From: Alphaproteobacteria bacterium
Lineage (GTDB): Bacteria; Pseudomonadota; Alphaproteobacteria; SP197
DNA: 64,000 nucleotides
Reading direction: 5' to 3'
Assembly: GCA_965200745.1 (NCBI GenBank)
Contig: CBDAUZ010000002.1
Location: 287,847-351,846, forward strand
Part shown: positions 19,240-28,662 of the stretch, piece by piece
How the letters are laid out: every line of letters begins with the position of its first letter
Position numbering within the stretch: the stretch's first letter is position 1
The notes under the pieces: generated by a model
Database searches by the model: none
What the model was told of the DNA's origin: nothing
The model's input: the letters and a program-made list of their open reading frames with translations, nothing else
Program-made: the position numbers and the translations under genes

Positions 19240-19470
19240 GCGGCGGAAAGATTGCCCATCACTGACGGATGCCGTGCTGCCGTCGGGGCCAGGAGTCCAT
19301 CCGACTTGCAATCGGAAGCACACGTGTCGGGGTAGGTCGCCCGACAGGTGGCATCCTCCTGCCCACCGCCCTGTCCGATTTGTATGCCGTGCCCGAACAC
19401 ACCAGCCTTTTGCCGAGAATTGACAGAGATGCCAGCAAGCGGTGTTGCACAGGCCTTCAAGGACGCTATC

Positions 19471-19490
19471 ATGTACATTAACATGTACAT
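19471..19490. promoter_or_regulatory. Candidate antitoxin operator: two copies of the self-palindrome ATGTACAT separated by TAAC, 13 nt upstream of the antitoxin start
   Basis: ATGTACATTAACATGTACAT immediately precedes the RBS GAGGTAGGG and the ATG at 19504. Confidence 0.5.
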
Positions 19491-19503
19491 TTGAGGTAGG
19501 GAC

Positions 19504-19785
19504 ATGGGAGAACAGCATTCGATCGCAGATGCGCGGCGCAACTTGCCGCAGCTAATCCGTCAAGTGGAACGAGGCGAACCGGTGCAACTTACCCGGCGCG
19601 GAAAGCCAGTCGCGGTGCTGCTCGGAAATCAGGCCTTCGAGCGGATTGTTGCCGGTCGACGCAGCTTTACAGAGGCCTATGCAGAGTTCGCGAAGGCGGT
19701 CGATCTTGCGGAACTTGGTATCGATCCGGCGGAATTTCTAGACGGCGTCCGGGATCGGGATCCAGGCCGCGACGTGTGGATATGA
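19504..19785 (+). CDS. Type II antitoxin, Phd/YefM family
   Basis: 93 aa with Phd-like N-terminus (IADARRNLPQLIRQVERGEPVQLTRRGKPVAVLL). ATGA-type overlap with the downstream toxin region. Confidence 0.8.
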   Translation: MGEQHSIADARRNLPQLIRQVERGEPVQLTRRGKPVAVLLGNQAFERIVAGRRSFTEAYAEFAKAVDLAELGIDPAEFLDGVRDRDPGRDVWI

Positions 19786-19788
19786 TCG

Positions 19789-20199
19789 GTGCGGTATCTG
19801 CTCGACAGCAAAATCATCTCCGAGCCGATGCGCCCGGCACCGGCGCCCGGAATCATCAGGGGTTTGCGTGAGCACAGTGATGAGATCGTCATCGCGGCAC
19901 CTGTCTGGCACGAGTTGCGTTTCGGTTGCGCTCGTCTCCCACCCTCAAGGCGCCGGAATGCGATCGAGCGATACCTTGCGGAGGTGGTGCTTGCGACCTT
20001 TCCCGTGCTCGACTACGACCGGCATGCTGCGGACTGGCATGCCCGGGAGCGAGCACGGCTCAGCGCCGCTGGCGAGACACCGCCATTCGTCGACGGTCAG
20101 ATTGCCGCGATCGCCGTTGTCAACGAACTGATCATTGTAACCTCGAACATCCGGGACTTTGAGAGATTCCAGGGAGTGCAGATGCAAAGCTGGTCCTGA
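19789..20199 (+). CDS. vapC: Type II toxin VapC (PIN-domain ribonuclease)
   Basis: GTG start. N-terminus RYLLDSKIISE with the PIN acidic residues, C-terminus IVTSNIRDFERF typical of VapC. Confidence 0.8.
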   Translation: MRYLLDSKIISEPMRPAPAPGIIRGLREHSDEIVIAAPVWHELRFGCARLPPSRRRNAIERYLAEVVLATFPVLDYDRHAADWHARERARLSAAGETPPFVDGQIAAIAVVNELIIVTSNIRDFERFQGVQMQSWS

Positions 20200-20217
20200 C
20201 GCTGGCGAAGCCTGCTG

Positions 20218-20917
20218 TCAGGCCATGTAGCCCCCGCAATTGACGGACAGCGTCGATCCTGAGATGAAACCCGCCTCCTCGGCGGCGAGGAAGACGACGC
20301 AGCGGGCTACCTCTCCGGGTTTGCCGCTGCACCCGACGGGAATACCGGAGTCGATCCGCTCCATCACGGCGTCGCTGATATGGGCGATGAGGTCGGAACG
20401 GATATAGCCCGGGCAGATGTAGTTGACCCTGATGCCCTTGCTTGCGTTCTCGAGGTCCAGCGATTTCGTGAAGCCGAGCATGCCGACCTTGGCGGCGGCA
20501 TAGTTCGCGACGCCGAGCATGCCGGAATGCGCGTTGATCGAACTGATGTTGATGATGCGCCCGAAGCGGCGGCTGGGCATGCCGCCTAGAACCGCATGCG
20601 CCATGTTGAAGCAGGACCCGAGATTGACGTCGATCACAGTCTGCCAGTTCTCCGCATTCGTCTTGTGAAGGAATCCGTCCCGGGAAATCCCGGCGTTGTT
20701 CACAAGGATGTCCACAGCGCCGAGCTTCTCCTCGACCTCGGCGACGCCCTGGGCACAGGCCGCATGATCGGCGACGTCCCAGCGGAAGACCGGGATCCCC
20801 GTCCATTCCCTGAACGCTTCCGCCGCTTCGGTGTTGTCGGCGTAGCGGGCGGCCACCTGGTAGCCGGCGTCGCGGCAAGCCGTGGCTTCCGCCGGTTACG
20901 AGTACGACGCGGGTCAT
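20218..20917 (-). pseudogene. phaB: Acetoacetyl-CoA reductase-like SDR (phaB-like). A roughly 35 nt deletion plus frameshift removes the glycine-rich cofactor-binding loop.
   Basis: [10 protein letters not shown] is in one frame (from 20917), then [19 protein letters not shown]...NNAGI...NISS...YAAAK...PGYI continues in another frame. The expected SRGIGAAI segment is missing. Confidence 0.7.
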
Positions 20918-20935
20918 GTGCTGTGCGCTTCCTTG

Positions 20936-21403
<468 letters not shown>

Positions 21404-21440
21404 TTAAAAGTGTGCTGAAACGAATAGGGAGAGTGAGGGC

Positions 21441-23087
21441 ATGACCGAAATCAAGAAAAACGCGGATGGGAAGGGGAGACCCGGTTCGCCAGTGTTGGAG
21501 AAAATCTATCAGGCTGGAAAGATTTCCAGACGTGGATTCGTCCGCGATTCTGCACTCCTCGGCATGACCATTGGTGGAGTCAGCTCCATTGTAACAGGTG
21601 GTGCGTTTGCCGATGACGGGATGCCGCAACGGGGCGGAACACTTCGTACCGAGTACAACTGGATTCCATATGTTGAAGATCCGGCAGCGGACGGTGTGGG
21701 TACTGGTGCTGTCGGTCTGTCCATTGCGGAATCGCTGGTCTGGGTCGGCGAGGATGGCGTACCACGACCACAACTCATCAAGTCGTGGGAAGCCAACGAA
21801 GACAGTACAGTCTGGACGCTTCATCTCCAGGAAGGTGTAACCTTCAATAATGGCAAGCCGTTTGGTGCTGACGATGTTATCTGGAACATTCAACATTGGC
21901 TTGATCCGGATACGGGATCATCAATGGCAGAAGCACTTGATTTCCTCTCGCCCGATGGCGTGGAAAAAATCGATGATCTGACGATCAAACTTCACCTCAA
22001 TCGGCCCAATGGTGATCTGCTCCTGTCGTTCTACGACTACCCGAGCATGATCGCACCTGAAGGTGGATGGACGGATTTTTACAGCGGCAATGCTGCCGAC
22101 GCCGTCGGTACAGGTCCATTCATGATGGAGGAGTTCACTCCAGACGAACGAATCGTTCTTGTCAGAAACCCCAACTACTGGCGCATGGGTGCTGATGGCG
22201 AACCATTACCGTACCTTGACAAGGTTGTTGTGACCGCGGGATGGGATGATGCAGCCCGGTTGGCGGCTCTCGTCGGTAATGAGGCAGATTTGTTGTCGCC
22301 TGGCGATGGCATCATCGAGGAACTCGAACAGTATCCGGATGAAATCAAGATCCAGTCTTTCAACACCGGCTGGATTACTCCGATTGCCATGCGGGTGGAC
22401 ATGGCGCCGTTTGATGATGTCCGTGTTCGTCAGGCTCTTAAGCTGGTCCAGGACCGCAAGACCATACAGGAACTTGTCCAGCCCAAGGGGCAGGTGGCTT
22501 ACGACCACTGGATTCCAGCTGCTGCAGGTGCCTACTGTCCCGATACCGATGCGGACGGACGACCGCAGGATATCGAAACTGCCAAGGCGTTGCTTGCTGA
22601 AGCAGGCTATGCCGACGGCCTCGAACTTGAGCTCTCGACGCCCGATGACGGCTTTCGGCCATCCTTTGCACAGGTCTACAAGGAAATGGCGGCGCTTGCC
22701 GGTGTTTCGGTAAGCATCAACATGCTGCCAAGCTCCGCGTTCTGGGATCAGTGGCAGGAATGGCCGTTTTCGATCAGTGGATGGAGCGGAAGAATTCCCG
22801 CAACACGGAACATCGCCCTGGCACTTCGGTGTGGGGCAAGCTGGACGGAAACCTACTATTGCAATAACCGTCTCGACATGCTTCTCGACCAGGTTGACGC
22901 AACGGCAGACACGGACAAGCGACGGGAGTTGTACTGCGAGATTCAGAGCATCATGCAAGAAGATACGGGCTATATCATACCGTTCTTCGCTGCCACATTC
23001 GGCGCTCGACGCAGTAACGTCAATCTGCCCGATACCTGGGCGAGAGCCGGAAATCTCTGGCATCACATCTGGCTGTCTCAAGGATAG
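21441..23087 (+). CDS. ABC transporter substrate-binding protein, family 5 (DppA/OppA/NikA-like), with Tat-type signal
   Basis: RRGFVRDSALLGMTIGG twin-arginine signal, family-5 SBP sequence, GAGGG RBS. Confidence 0.88.
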   Translation: MTEIKKNADGKGRPGSPVLEKIYQAGKISRRGFVRDSALLGMTIGGVSSIVTGGAFADDGMPQRGGTLRTEYNWIPYVEDPAADGVGTGAVGLSIAESLVWVGEDGVPRPQLIKSWEANEDSTVWTLHLQEGVTFNNGKPFGADDVIWNIQHWLDPDTGSSMAEALDFLSPDGVEKIDDLTIKLHLNRPNGDLLLSFYDYPSMIAPEGGWTDFYSGNAADAVGTGPFMMEEFTPDERIVLVRNPNYWRMGADGEPLPYLDKVVVTAGWDDAARLAALVGNEADLLSPGDGIIEELEQYPDEIKIQSFNTGWITPIAMRVDMAPFDDVRVRQALKLVQDRKTIQELVQPKGQVAYDHWIPAAAGAYCPDTDADGRPQDIETAKALLAEAGYADGLELELSTPDDGFRPSFAQVYKEMAALAGVSVSINMLPSSAFWDQWQEWPFSISGWSGRIPATRNIALALRCGASWTETYYCNNRLDMLLDQVDATADTDKRRELYCEIQSIMQEDTGYIIPFFAATFGARRSNVNLPDTWARAGNLWHHIWLSQG

Positions 23088-23121
23088 TCTGACAATCCGC
23101 TGACCACGACAAGTTCAAGAT

Positions 23122-23161
23122 ACACCGCCGCCTTCGCCATGATTTGCGAAGGCGGCGGTGT
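23122..23161 (+). terminator. Perfect 15 bp stem / 10 nt loop hairpin between the SBP and permease genes (intra-operon attenuator or mRNA-stabilising stem-loop)
   Basis: ACACCGCCGCCTTCG-CCATGATTTG-CGAAGGCGGCGGTGT. No T-tract follows. Confidence 0.45.
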
Positions 23162-23206
23162 GATGTGCTGCACGAATGAGCCTATTGCTCCGGTAAAGGC
23201 ACAATC

Positions 23207-24151
23207 ATGCTGATGTTCCTCGTCAACCGCCTCGGTTCCATGGTCCTGACCATGCTCGTCATCTCGATCATGGTTTTCTTTGTCGCCGAGGTTGTCCCCA
23301 TTGACCCCGCACGCAACGCTCTCGGTCGCTACGCTTCGGAAACGAAAGTCGAGGAACTGCGAGAAAAGATGGGCCTCGATCGCCCCGTGGTGGTGCGTTA
23401 CCTGGACTGGATCTACCATGTCCTGCAGGGTGATTTTGGAGAGTCCATTCACTTTCGCCGACCTGTAAGTGAACTGGTTGCCGTTCGCCTTGAGCGATCG
23501 TTGGCGCTCGCTGGACTGGGTTTTGCGTTCATGATCCCGATAGGTCTCGTTCTGGGCTGCCTTGCCGGAGTATCGGAAGGCAAGATTCTGGACCGGATCA
23601 TATCCATTACCGGGAGTCTGTTTGTCTCCATTCCACCGTTTGCGAGCGGGATCTTCCTGATTGTGATCTTTGCGCTCTGGCTTCGCTGGCTCCCCGGGGC
23701 GAGCATGCCAAATCCGGACGCAAGCTTCTTCGAATCGATCAAGAAGCTGATCTTGCCAATACTGGCCCTGTCGTTCGACGAGATTGGTTATCTGGCCCGT
23801 TTTACGCGCGTGAGCATGGCCGAAGTCATGGATAGTGACTACATCCGGACGGCAACATTGAAGGGGCTTCCAAAGACGAAAGTCGTGCTCCGGCACGCGC
23901 TTCGCAATGCTCTGATCGCGCCATTCACTGCCATCATGTTGCACGTGAATTGGTTGATCGGTGGTGTCGTCGTGGTCGAGGTTCTTTTCAACTATCCGGG
24001 CCTTGGACGCCTGCTCCTCGATGCAGCCCTGCGCAACGACATCGTGCTTCTAGAGGGCGGAACACTTGTGCTCACATTTGTCGCGGTCGCCTCTCAGGTT
24101 ATCGGTGATATCGGAATCTACTTCATGAATCCGCGTATTCGAATTGAGTAG
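23207..24151 (+). CDS. ABC transporter permease (DppB/OppB-like)
   Basis: Multi-TM permease with the binding-protein-dependent transport signature region. Confidence 0.88.
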   Translation: MLMFLVNRLGSMVLTMLVISIMVFFVAEVVPIDPARNALGRYASETKVEELREKMGLDRPVVVRYLDWIYHVLQGDFGESIHFRRPVSELVAVRLERSLALAGLGFAFMIPIGLVLGCLAGVSEGKILDRIISITGSLFVSIPPFASGIFLIVIFALWLRWLPGASMPNPDASFFESIKKLILPILALSFDEIGYLARFTRVSMAEVMDSDYIRTATLKGLPKTKVVLRHALRNALIAPFTAIMLHVNWLIGGVVVVEVLFNYPGLGRLLLDAALRNDIVLLEGGTLVLTFVAVASQVIGDIGIYFMNPRIRIE

Positions 24152-24517
24152 TTGCCCGTGGAAAAGAACACGAAATCTTGCGGAACAGCGTCTTTCGCCC
24201 GCATGTGGGTGCCACTTGCGGAAGACATCGAAATGAGTGGAATCAACACAATGGTTCTGCTTTTTGAACGCGTATCCATCATCCGCCGGGGTCGTCGTAC
24301 CCATCGTCAAATTGGAATCGGTAGAAACGCTGCACACGGCGAGGAAGGCAGTCGCGCTTCTTGTAACCACAATGCACAGATCGTCAGATACGGTTGCGGG
24401 TGCCCCATTGGTGGATCAGGCTCCTGATGGGCGTCCCGGTCGTACGTACGACATTCGCTCACGCAGCGCGTCAGCCCATGATCGGATCATGGAAGCAGGC
24501 CGTTCACACGCGAACGC

Positions 24518-25423
24518 TTGATACTGAAAAATCACGCGTCGATGACTGAAAACCGGTCCGATCAATTGGTTCAGCAGAGGCAGCAGATGTCGTTGCTTGC
24601 CTTGACAAGAAAATCTTTCTCGGCGCTGGCTTTGTCGAGAAACGCATCCATTGGTGCTGTTGTGATCGCAGGCTGGATTTTCGTTGCAATCGCTGTCCCG
24701 GTCATCGCACCGTACTCACCGACCGATATTCTCGGATCGCGACTCCTGGATCCGTCTTTCGAACACTTGCTTGGAACGGACCATCTGGGACGGGATGTCC
24801 TGAGTCGACTGTTGTGGGGCACGCAGATCATACTGTTTCTTGCTCCCACTTCGGTCTTGCTCGGTGTCGCGATTGGCGCGCCCATGGGACTGGTTTCTGG
24901 CTACGTTGGCGGCAGGCTTGACTCGGTCATCATGCGCGCTGTCGATATTCTTCTGTCCTTCCCTACATTGCTGATCTACATCCTGATCGTGACAAGTATC
25001 GGATCTTCGGCTGCAATTGTTGTCATCGCCATTGCTTTGGGGTCTGTCCCGCCGATCACGCGAATCGTGCGAAGCCTCGTGCTGGACGAACGGACAAAGG
25101 ATTACGTAAGCGCTGCCCGGCTCCGCGGCGAGAAACGTCGATACATTCTCTTGCGCGAAATCTTGCCCAACGTAGTCGCGCCCATCATTGTCGACAGTTG
25201 CATTCGCGTTGGATATGCAATCATGGCAATAGGATCGCTTGGATTCCTGGGGCTCGGCATTCCGCCACCAACGCCGGATTGGGGAGGAATGATCAATGAA
25301 GGAAGGAAGTTCATCTTCAGTATGCCATGGATGGTCGTCGCGCCGGCAGCAGCACTGAGTTCGGTTGTCATCGGTCTCAACATGCTCGCGGACGGTCTGA
25401 GAGAAATCGGACAGAAGAGATAG
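24518..25423 (+). CDS. ABC transporter permease (DppC/OppC-like). The start may be at a downstream Met, for example 24542.
   Basis: Permease sequence with an EAA-like loop. A 366 bp gap separates it from the upstream permease. Confidence 0.85.
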   Translation: MILKNHASMTENRSDQLVQQRQQMSLLALTRKSFSALALSRNASIGAVVIAGWIFVAIAVPVIAPYSPTDILGSRLLDPSFEHLLGTDHLGRDVLSRLLWGTQIILFLAPTSVLLGVAIGAPMGLVSGYVGGRLDSVIMRAVDILLSFPTLLIYILIVTSIGSSAAIVVIAIALGSVPPITRIVRSLVLDERTKDYVSAARLRGEKRRYILLREILPNVVAPIIVDSCIRVGYAIMAIGSLGFLGLGIPPPTPDWGGMINEGRKFIFSMPWMVVAPAAALSSVVIGLNMLADGLREIGQKR

Positions 25424-25606
25424 AAAACGGAATGGAAAGAACTTGTTGCAGTTCGTGCATTCCGGTCGCACAGGTCGGCAACAGACTGCCGTGTGCCCTG
25501 CAATGATGATTCTGACGACCGAACCGGTCCCTGGACCAGTCGTCCGGTCCGCATTCCGTTTACCGCGTGCTCCTTGGCATTGCTGACTGAGCTTGAGGTT
25601 CCGGAA

Positions 25607-27703
25607 GTGGCCCTGACGACACATGAACCCATTCTCGAGGTGGCGAATCTCGAAGTTTCCTATTCAACACGGCACGGACTGGTGAAGGCGATCCGCAATG
25701 TATCCTTCGAAATAGCTTCCGGCGATTCACTGGGACTGGTTGGCGAATCCGGTTGCGGGAAGAGCACACTCGCCTTTGCGATCATGAGCCATGTGGCCAG
25801 AAATGCTTCGGTGACGGGCGGAAGTATTCGATTTTGTGGCGAGGACATGGTGCAGAAGAGCGTGCGCAGTCTGAACAGGATTCGCGGCAGCCGGATTGCC
25901 ATGATCTACCAGGATCCGGTTGCAGCCCTCAACCCGTCGCTTCTGATCGGTGTGCAGCTCTGCGAAGTGCTGACGCAGCATAATGCCATCAATCGTTCGG
26001 AAGCTTGGGATGCCTGCATTGCCATGCTGGAAAAGGTGAATATGCCAGACCCGCCGGCAGTCATGCGTCGCTACCGCCACCAGTTATCAGGAGGACAACT
26101 GCAACGCGCAGTGATTGCGATGGCATTGCTGGCCAATCCGGCGCTCCTCGTTCTGGACGAGCCGACCACAAGCCTTGATGTCACGGTCGAAGCGGGCATC
26201 CTGGATCTGATCGACGAATTGCGACGGGAATTGAACCTCTCGATCCTTTTTATCAGCCACAACCTTGGTGTAATCAGCAGAATTGCGGATCAAGTGGCGG
26301 TCATGTACTCGGGTGAGCTTGTCGAGCAGGGGCCTGTCCGTGATATTTTCCATAATCCTCAACATCCCTACACATCAGCACTGCTGAAATGTGTTCCGAG
26401 TATCGGCACAGGCAGGCAACCCTGGGCGCTGCACCCGATCAAGGGCCGTGTGCCCACTCTGCATGAATCGGCGCCGGGGTGTATCTTCGAGCCCCGGTGC
26501 GACAGAGCCGGCGACCGTTGCCGCAAGGAACATCCTGAGTTTCATAGAGCTGGCGAAAACCATGACGTGCGCTGTTTCTATGCCGGGACACCGACAGTTG
26601 CTGAACTGGCAACCGCGCAAGACGCACCGGGCAACGGAAACGTCGCAACAGGTTCAAACGATATTGTTCTCGATGTCGACGACCTCAAAACCTATTACAG
26701 GGCGCGCGGTAGCAGCTTCGGAATGTCGGGTGGCAACCGGAACAGGGGAATTGTCAAGGCGGTAGACGGTGTTTCATTCAAATCCCGAAAAGTCGAGATC
26801 GTCGGGATTGTTGGTGAATCCGGATGTGGCAAGTCGACACTTGCCAAGTGCATTGCAGGTCTTGAACCGCCCGACGGCGGCACGATGGAGTTCATCGGAG
26901 TCGACATCGCGCGGGGTGTCGAAAAGCGCCCGCAGGAGCTCATCAAGGAATTGCAGATGATCTTCCAGAATCCGGATTCAACACTGAATCCCAAGCGGAC
27001 TGTGAAGGATGCGATAGCGCGTCCGCTGAAGCTGTTCAATACGGTTCCTGCCAGTGAGATAACAGGGGAGGTTGTGCGGCTTCTCGATGCCGTGAAACTT
27101 GGCGAGACCTATCTGGATCGCCTGCCCAGACAGTTGAGCGGCGGCGAGAAACAACGGGTCGCGCTCGCAAGGGCATTCGCGGGGCGGCCATCACTTGTAC
27201 TATGTGACGAACCGCTCTCGTCTCTGGACGTCTCGGTTCAGACGGCCGTCATGAAACTTCTCCTCGAGTTTCAGAGCCGGTTCAAGACGACAATGCTGTT
27301 CATCTCGCATGACCTTGGTATCGTCTACCAACTCAGCGACATGGTCGCTGTGATGTATCTGGGACGAATTTGCGAGATCGGTCCTACAGAGGCGTTGTTT
27401 TCGCCACCCTATCACCCCTATACAGAGGCGTTGCTGTCTGCGGTTCCAATTCCTGACCCTCTCCTGGAGCAAACACGCATTCGGCTTTCAGGCAGTGTTC
27501 CCAGCGCGTTGAATCCACCGACAGGTTGTCGATTCCACACCCGCTGTCCGCGCAAGATCGGATCGATTTGCGAGAGAGAGCCGCCACCATGGCGACAAAT
27601 CGATGACAATCATTTCATTGGCTGCCACATCGACATGGACGAATTGCGTGCCATGCAGCCCGTGATCGGGACGATCAAATCCGGAGTTCAGGTCGATCGT
27701 TGA
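25607..27703 (+). CDS. ABC transporter ATP-binding protein with two fused ATPase domains (DppD-DppF fusion)
   Basis: Two Walker A motifs (GESGCGKST twice), two LSGG signatures, C-terminal oligopeptide-ABC Cys motif. Likely GTG start at 25607 (the ORF track extends to 25493). Confidence 0.88.
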   Translation: MALTTHEPILEVANLEVSYSTRHGLVKAIRNVSFEIASGDSLGLVGESGCGKSTLAFAIMSHVARNASVTGGSIRFCGEDMVQKSVRSLNRIRGSRIAMIYQDPVAALNPSLLIGVQLCEVLTQHNAINRSEAWDACIAMLEKVNMPDPPAVMRRYRHQLSGGQLQRAVIAMALLANPALLVLDEPTTSLDVTVEAGILDLIDELRRELNLSILFISHNLGVISRIADQVAVMYSGELVEQGPVRDIFHNPQHPYTSALLKCVPSIGTGRQPWALHPIKGRVPTLHESAPGCIFEPRCDRAGDRCRKEHPEFHRAGENHDVRCFYAGTPTVAELATAQDAPGNGNVATGSNDIVLDVDDLKTYYRARGSSFGMSGGNRNRGIVKAVDGVSFKSRKVEIVGIVGESGCGKSTLAKCIAGLEPPDGGTMEFIGVDIARGVEKRPQELIKELQMIFQNPDSTLNPKRTVKDAIARPLKLFNTVPASEITGEVVRLLDAVKLGETYLDRLPRQLSGGEKQRVALARAFAGRPSLVLCDEPLSSLDVSVQTAVMKLLLEFQSRFKTTMLFISHDLGIVYQLSDMVAVMYLGRICEIGPTEALFSPPYHPYTEALLSAVPIPDPLLEQTRIRLSGSVPSALNPPTGCRFHTRCPRKIGSICEREPPPWRQIDDNHFIGCHIDMDELRAMQPVIGTIKSGVQVDR

Positions 27704-27799
27704 ATCCCTTGCGCGACGCAACGGATTGGAATCCAGTCTTGATTTCCGCATGGACGATGAGCGGAAGGCCGACGGGTGCCTGTTTCTCGTCGAATGTCG

Positions 27800-28627
27800 T
27801 CATTCGTACCATCCTGTGGTCGACGTGCGAAGCGTCCGGAACTGCTTCATGTCATGGCCACACCAGACTTGTGCCTGAAGTTGTTGGGCGCGTTGGCGGA
27901 TCTTTGAGACGGTCCCGGCGGCTCGGGAAGGTGACAGGGAGTATCCGGCGGGACGGTATGGCGGCCCGAAGTTTTCGAGCGTAAACACGGCATCGGAAGC
28001 GAGTATTACATGTCCGGTTTCCGGCATGCAGATACTCAGACCCAGCATTCCAGCAGCGTGTCCCGCGTTCCAATTCAGTAACGTGATCGAGTTCGTCAGC
28101 CTGATCTCCGTGTCCTCTTCCTCGACAAGACACCATTCAAGTTCTTTCGTCAGCCACTGTGCCGTGTCCTTCCAGGCATAGGAACTGTCCGGATCCCGGC
28201 GGGCATGGTATGCGAGCGCCGTATCGCGTTCCGCGCGGTGAACAATGATCCGGGATTTTTCGAAAAACTCGACGCAACCTGCGTGATCGGAATGCATATG
28301 TGACAGGACAACCCTGTCAATATCATCGGGCCCGATTCCCAGTTGCTCGAGACGGTTTGGTAGATGGCAATCCTCGCCGTCGGGTCCGGCAAACCAGGGA
28401 TAGGAACGCTTGAACGACTCGGACCAGCGACCATTATCATTCATGGCAGCCGGATGGCATCCGGTATCGTAGAGCGTTCGACCATCCATCTCTTCGATCA
28501 GGTATCCAAGAATTGGGCAGATCATTCGTCCGCTGGATTCCGGATCAGCTTCCGCGAGATCGCCGAAAATCACGGCATTGTCCAGTTCCATACGACCAAG
28601 ATCGAGGACGAACAACCGGTTTCGCAC
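27800..28627 (-). CDS. MBL-fold metallo-hydrolase, N-acyl-homoserine-lactonase-like
   Basis: HxHxDH motif (LSHMHSDHAG). Size and N-terminus are typical of AHL lactonases. Confidence 0.75.
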   Translation of the reverse strand: MRNRLFVLDLGRMELDNAVIFGDLAEADPESSGRMICPILGYLIEEMDGRTLYDTGCHPAAMNDNGRWSESFKRSYPWFAGPDGEDCHLPNRLEQLGIGPDDIDRVVLSHMHSDHAGCVEFFEKSRIIVHRAERDTALAYHARRDPDSSYAWKDTAQWLTKELEWCLVEEEDTEIRLTNSITLLNWNAGHAAGMLGLSICMPETGHVILASDAVFTLENFGPPYRPAGYSLSPSRAAGTVSKIRQRAQQLQAQVWCGHDMKQFRTLRTSTTGWYE

Positions 28628-28662
28628 AGTGTAACTCCTTCAACAGATTGCGCGATCTGACG

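Noticed and set aside
19024-19518. 164 aa minus-strand ORF across the cox3 fragment and TA promoter
   Set aside because: Antisense to a recognisable cox3 tail and to the TA operator. Low-complexity composition.
20132-20917. 261 aa minus-strand ORF
   Set aside because: Only its first about 10 codons ([10 protein letters not shown]) are real, being the phaB N-terminus. The rest is out-of-frame Arg/Gly-rich read-through. It is subsumed in the phaB pseudogene call.
24152-24427. 91 aa ORF in the inter-permease gap
   Set aside because: Arg/Gly-rich, no RBS, no recognisable fold. Likely spurious.
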